NCBI GenBank assembly: GCA_951804945.1 | Contig: OX638150.1 | Coordinates: 69,378,001-69,442,000 of the forward strand | Source: Podarcis cretensis | Lineage: Eukaryota | Length of the DNA: 64,000 bases | Direction of reading: 5' to 3' | Part shown: positions 59,001 through 64,000 of the stretch, piece after piece | How positions within the stretch are numbered: position 1 is the first letter of the stretch | Layout: each line of letters opens with the position of its first letter | Translations under genes and position numbers: made by a program | The notes under the pieces: model-generated | Seen by the model: only the letters and a program-made list of their open reading frames with translations | The model's database searches: none | Told to the model about the DNA's origin: nothing

Positions 59001-62000
59001 CCCTCCTCCCCATCAGGATTTGGGCTTGAAAGACCAAGGAGAAGTGTGGGTACTTAGGGGTGAGTTGTACACAAGTGCAACTTGTGTCCTTGAACAACAA
59101 CTTTGCTGATTATGGGGCACATCTGTTAAAGCATTAGCCTCAGCTTCCAGTTTTCTGGCTTTGTGGAGCTTGAGCCAACATGAGATAGCCTTAACTCTGA
59201 TTTTAAACCAGCGGGTTTTGTGATAATTTAAAAGCCTTTCATTTTGATAAATCAGATTAAGTCTGAATAGTCCAGCCCAAACTATAATCCCTGGCAAATC
59301 TATCCAGAGCTCGTGCCCCATATCCCACACATACCGTTTGACGCTTTACAGCCTCTCTTAGCAACTGCACGACATCTTCTCCCACACAGCCTGTGGCACT
59401 GAACCCCTTGGTCCATCTCAGCAAGATGCCCTGTGAAACCAAGAGAAAGAAGGAATTGTGATAAACATGTAGGTGTAACTGGACTGCTTTCTCTGAGCTG
59501 CATGCCCTTCACATGTTCATGGATGATTCTACTGTAGCTAAGCTGCAACAGAGAGATGGCAGTAGGAGACATGCAGATAATGCAGGGACCTGCCTCTGCA
59601 AAAGTTCTGCAGGTCCTCTAGTTTCTGAGTTTTCTTTAGGCATTGCTCACCCAATCTCAAGTTTATCCTTGCAACAATATGGGCTAGAAACTTGCCAGTG
59701 CCGAATTGTGCAGCTTTTCTGCGCTTCCACAGAATTGTAGCATACACACTAGGACAGAGACTGGATCTATTAGAGAGAGATGCCTAACTAGTGGGGGCAG
59801 GGGGTTCAACAGGGGTTTTTCGCAATGGACAGCTGAATTTCATAATTTAGAAATCCTACAAGCTGAGCTTTCATTTCAAGTTATTTGTAAATGGTTTGAA
59901 AGCTATGTTGTTCTCATAGCGTTTGGAAATTTTTCTCTTTCTATCTTGGGGAACACAAGGTAGTTCAACCCAATTTTTCTCCCTTCCCATCTACCACAAA
60001 AATACATTCCCAGCAGGGGGCTCCACTGGCTAACCCAGGTAAGGGAGGCAGCAAAGTCCTAATTCCCAGCATCACCACATGAGCAGCAGATCACTTCCAT
60101 AGGTGCTTCATACCTTGTCCAGGTTCGTCTGACTGCAGGGAAACGAAAAAGTGAAGCCCAGTGGCAGTGTTCGTCCCACAATGCTATGCTTGCTATGGAA
60201 ATCATTAATGCATTGAACAATGTGATCAAAGAGCTGCAGGAAAATGGGAGAAAGCATGAGGCCTTATGAGGTAAAGACAACTTTGGAGAGGAAACGCCAT
60301 CAATAACAGTATCGCCCATCCCCACAGTTGCCAGTGTCACAGCCAGTCTGTAATAGAGGCCAGTTCAACCCAGCCATGTCTTCCCCTTTCTTGCACCTAC
60401 CTGTATTGCATTACTCTGGGCCACTTCGGGTGGAATTGTGTAAGACTCAGAGACCATGTGTACACCACCCTCTTCTTTGCTTTTCACCTGCACCATAAGC
60501 ACTCGGAAATTGGTTCCGCCCAGATCCAATGCAAGGAACTCCCCTCTCTCTACAAAATGTATAAGGGACAAGAGCTTGAGTGACATAGACTCTCAACTAC
60601 AACCCAACACAGTCACTGCAAGGGTCTCCTTCTTTGGCTTCTTTGCCTGAGGCCAACATCATTCCCACCAGTGCTGGCAACTTAAACTATAAAGCCTTGG
60701 GAAAGCATCTCACCAGCCCTCTAGAATATTGGTTGTCAACTGAGGGGTCGAGACCCACTGGCACCATACCAATATTTGCTAATAAAATAAAATGCATATT
60801 TGTGCTATAGGTGGGTGCAGGATCTGAAAAGGTTGGAGACTCCTGTTGTTACTAGCAGTGGTTATGCTGCACCCTTCTCAGTGAGGTGAACATAAGTAAC
60901 AATAACAACAGCCCCATATCAATTGAAAGACTTGGGCCCCCCAAAACTCGGAAGGTTTTCTCTGGACCAAACACAACTTCCCTGAGACTTTTTTAAAAGC
61001 CCCCTTGAGCTCTTCAAAGCTCTTCCCTCCCAAGATAAAGGCCATTCCCAAGAGGTTGTTCTCTGGCTCTCACCGCTGCCGTCAGGCAAATGGCGGACGT
61101 AAGTGGGCAACATGCGGACGGTGGCTGTACTGTGTGTCTCCTTTGACAGACCCTTCTCCATTTCCTGTCTCATCATGGTCCGCAGTGTGTCCATGTCGGA
61201 CATAGAAAGTCGGAAAGGCGCCAGGACCTGGGCTACTCCTTCCTGTTGGTGTTTGAGCCTCATTGTCGCAGCTGCTACTCTGGCAGCCCCAAAAACACAG
61301 CCATGTTCTGATGTGGCAAAGGTGACAGTGCAATCAGGAGCCAGTGATTTCAATGTTTCTTGCAATATCTGACCATACCTGGAGGGAGAGGAAATGTCAG
61401 AGACCTTGAAGCAGGGTGACTGGAAGTAACCTTTCTGGCCTTTCTGCACCTCTCCCCTAGCTTACTATGCCTTTGCTCCAAAAGGAATGTGAAAATTTGC
61501 TGGATAAATGAGTCTTTGGGTCTGTTTACATTATCCACATTTTCTAAAATGGCTGAACTCCCTGAAGTTAACAGCCTCCTAACTTTGGACATGTAACAGA
61601 CCCCCTAGCCTGGGAAACCCCAGTAACCAATTTGAGAGATTCAGATGGATGGATGGATCCATTTATCTGAGTAGTATAGATGGGTTACTGTCCTGGAAGG
61701 AGCTGTTGTGGCAAGAGAGAGGATAAAATATGCTGCCTACTGAGTTTCTGGCAACAATGAATAGCTAAGCTGACTTAATGGTTCTCTGGGTTGAAGGAAA
61801 ATATTTGTATATCTGGAAGAAGACACTGGAAGAAATGCTTTCTTGGCCAGTGATTTCAGTCCAGGAGAAAGCTTGCTCCAATAACCTGCTCATGAAAGGA
61901 AGTCAGGGAAAATATGATGGTTAGTCCAGTGGTCCATAGGAAAGTGGGATTGGTGGGTTTCTTGGTTTTGATTTAGATGAGGGGCAGCCAATATGATACT

Positions 62001-62526
62001 CTACAGATGTAGCTGGGCTACAGTTCCCATCATCCTTGATCATCGAGCATGCATATGGCCATTATAGTCCAACAATATCTGGAGGTCATCGCACTGGCTA
62101 CTCACGACACGAACAAATATTTATATGCCTGGTACAACTCCTTACTGTGGTCGGCTCTTGTACATGTCCCCTTCCACAGCCACAATGATTTTCAGGTGTG
62201 GCAGCCCTTGACTGATCCGGATATGAGTAAGAACGGCAGCCAGTCCAGCAGCACAGAGCTTGGCAGAACGGACATAGACCGCTTGGCATATTTGCTGCAC
62301 GTTGAAACAGTCTTGGTTGCTTGCCACCATTCCCAGGCGGACAAGGAAGTTCTTGGTATTGGCCAGGCCAACTTTTTCACTGCAGTTAAAGCATACATGA
62401 GTTAAAGCAGGGTGGCAGCAGCAAGAGGCATGAGGGAGACTCTGGTTAACTGTTAATTGATCTCAGCAAAGAATAATATTGATTCCAAATTGAAATCACT
62501 GAACTCTCCATCTATAATGAACTAGC

Positions 62527-62574
<48 letters not shown>

Positions 62575-63493
62575 AGTTTTGTTTCTACCCATGCTGACTT
62601 TTTAGAGACGGACACAAGAACTGTAACAAGATAAATATTTCAGAAAGTGGACGTTGTTAACATCTCGTTGATATTTAAGGTTTTGTTTTTAATGTCTGTT
62701 ACTTGTTTATGCTTTGTTTTATTTTCTTCTTTTATCTGCACTGCTGTACAGGCCCTTCTTACAGCCGAAAAGCATTATAAAAATTGTTTACAAATAAAAT
62801 AATACCACAAGGGCCATAGCTCAGTAGTATAGCCCTTGTTTTGTATGCAGAAGGGGGCAGGCAGCATGGGAATGCATCTGTTGGTGCTGAATAACGCAGA
62901 GTATTAAATGATTGTACTGGGGGAACAAACAGTGACATGTCACATTTACCAGTTCTGATTCTTAGCCTTGTGACACCTTTGCTATTCCCTCTTCCTACCT
63001 GATGAGAGATATACTTAATGAATGGCCCACTATAGACACTTTTCTTTAAAGCCTTCTTCTTTTAAGACATCTTACTTGAACAAATATCTCTGGCAGTGTA
63101 CCTCTGGGTCATCCTACGGTGTATTTAAATGTGCAAGTTGATTCAGTCATTCATTCATTCACCTGCTTCAGTGTTGTTGTTTTTTATGGGCTACAGATGT
63201 AATTATTGATGTGGGTCCATTCCTCTTGGCTGTTTTTCTAGGGCTAGGCTAACAAGGCATGCCAAGACACACCCTGCTGCTACTGAGGATATCAGGTTGA
63301 CCAGGTCTCCCAAGACGCGTTTGAGGAACTCACTTACTCTATGATGTCCACAACATCTTGGAGCTCCATTTTTCCCTTGGTAAGCAGGGTGGGAGTCAGG
63401 ACACCGCTGAAGATATCACCTTTCTCAGCCAAAGTAGCCAAAGTAACACGGATAGTATCACACAGATATATGCTACTGACCATCTTCTCAAAC
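52935..63493 (-). CDS. HK3: Hexokinase 3, last 11 coding exons (5'-partial)
   Basis: Exons of 156, 234, 305, 149, 120, 96, 100, 184, 156, 234 and 124 nt (1858 nt, frame-consistent). Hexokinase motifs [59 protein letters not shown]3 assigned from the degenerate N-half and position tail-to-tail with UNC5A. Confidence 0.92.
53517..53750 (-). CDS. HK3: HK3 penultimate exon (...[12 protein letters not shown]...[12 protein letters not shown])
   Basis: gtaag|C AGC ACT ... CCT TA|gtgagt; 234 nt; the acceptor is a tandem AAGCAG, so the start could be 53747. Confidence 0.92.
54550..54705 (-). CDS. HK3: HK3 exon ([15 protein letters not shown]...)
   Basis: taaag|G TAT GAA ... GAG GA|gtaagt; 156 nt; absent from the ORF track. 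Confidence 0.94.
54792..54975 (-). CDS. HK3: HK3 exon ([11 protein letters not shown]...[12 protein letters not shown])
   Basis: ctcag|GT ACG GGT ... CAA AG|gtgagt; 184 nt. Confidence 0.95.
55386..55485 (-). CDS. HK3: HK3 exon (catalytic Asp, [13 protein letters not shown])
   Basis: cccag|GAC ATT GAT ... GTC G|gtaaga; 100 nt. Confidence 0.95.
57758..58140 (+). mobile_element. L2-type LINE 3' fragment (end of ORF2 plus 3'UTR) in an HK3 intron
   Basis: [12 protein letters not shown]...[21 protein letters not shown] resembles the L2 ORF2 C-terminus (xAFSVAAPxLWNSLP); TGTAAGCCGCCTAGAG 3' motif. Confidence 0.7.
59335..59430 (-). CDS. HK3: HK3 exon ([15 protein letters not shown]...)
   Basis: cacag|GGC ATC TTG ... 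CAA ACG|gtatgt; 96 nt. Confidence 0.94.
60114..60233 (-). CDS. HK3: HK3 exon (LFDHIVQC...[11 protein letters not shown])
   Basis: tgcag|CTC TTT GAT ... GAC AAG|gtatga; 120 nt. Confidence 0.94.
60401..60549 (-). CDS. HK3: HK3 exon (ATP-binding phosphate-1 motif DLGGTNFRV)
   Basis: tgtag|AG AGA GGG ... ATA CAG|gtaggt; 149 nt. Confidence 0.94.
61074..61378 (-). CDS. HK3: HK3 exon spanning the N-half/C-half junction
   Basis: tccag|G TAT GGT ... GGC AGC G|gtgaga; 305 nt; ...LAPDCTVTF...[15 protein letters not shown]. Confidence 0.94.
62146..62379 (-). CDS. HK3: HK3 exon (N-half; ...[24 protein letters not shown]...VEGDMYK)
   Basis: tgcag|T GAA AAA ... CCA CA|gtaagg; 234 nt. Confidence 0.92.
62530..62572. 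repeat. (TG)n microsatellite
   Basis: Directly visible. Confidence 0.95.
63338..63493 (-). CDS. HK3: HK3 exon (N-half; [18 protein letters not shown]...)
   Basis: ggcag|G TTT GAG AAG ATG ... ATA GA|gtaagt; 156 nt. Confidence 0.9.
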
Positions 63494-64000
63494 CTGCCAG
63501 TGAGAAGAAAGAAGAAAATCAGTGCAGAAAGAGAAGGAATTGAAGTGAAAGGGTGGTTGGCAGATTACTGGTCAAGTCACCCTGTCTATAGGAGAAGTCT
63601 TGGCCATTTCTTACAACATTTGCTGCTAAGACAGACAATATCATAGGTTGCTTGTTTGTAGACCACCTGTTCTATAGGGTATTCATGCTGACAGCCCAAA
63701 GTTCACATAAGGTTACACAATGTCAGCATTCATTCAGGACTTATACAGGAATGACCATTCCCAGTGGCTTCATGTCACCCTAATCTCTGAGCAGAGCACG
63801 ATTCCAAAGGTACCAAGTTTGCTGATCAGGGTCTGTGTTTCCTTTCAGACAACAAGGCACAGCAGAGATGGTGTTTTCTTTATGATATATGGCTTGCTTA
63901 CACATATATGTAACCTGAACCTGGGATGGAAGGGCTTCAAGCATTACTCTCCAAGCGGGTTCCATTTCCTCCATGGCTGCCACCTTAGATTCAATCTGTC

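Overview
Vertebrate genomic DNA from a squamate reptile. A Sauria-type SINE and the MITE/SINE complement point to a lizard, probably a lacertid; that assignment is inference. Two convergent protein-coding genes explain all the credible coding signal. (1) UNC5A (netrin receptor, + strand): the canonical first exon lies outside the window, so 1-35568 is the tail of a >35 kb first intron. Fifteen coding exons (35569-51530, 2624 nt, frame-consistent) encode Ig-Ig-TSP1-TSP1-TM-ZU5-UPA-death domains, followed by a ~0.93 kb 3'UTR with AATAAA at 52456. (2) HK3 (hexokinase 3, - strand): the last 11 exons (63493-52935, 1858 nt, frame-consistent) encode a degenerate N-terminal half and an intact catalytic C-terminal half, and end only a few hundred bp from the UNC5A 3' end. 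Most notable observations: an intronic CpG island ~2.2 kb upstream of UNC5A exon 2 containing a phase-compatible ATG...GTGAG candidate alternative first exon with no signal peptide; a complete 1.6 kb TSD-flanked L1-like retroelement with no RT; a GC-AG intron and a GAG acceptor in UNC5A; a CPE/Pumilio/polyA cluster in the UNC5A 3'UTR; a near-perfect 206 bp tandem duplication; and several homeodomain-site-dense candidate enhancers. Most ORFs in the supplied track are spurious. There are no prokaryotic features, CRISPR arrays or genuine tRNA/rRNA genes. Comparisons to mammalian proteins are from memory, not from a search.
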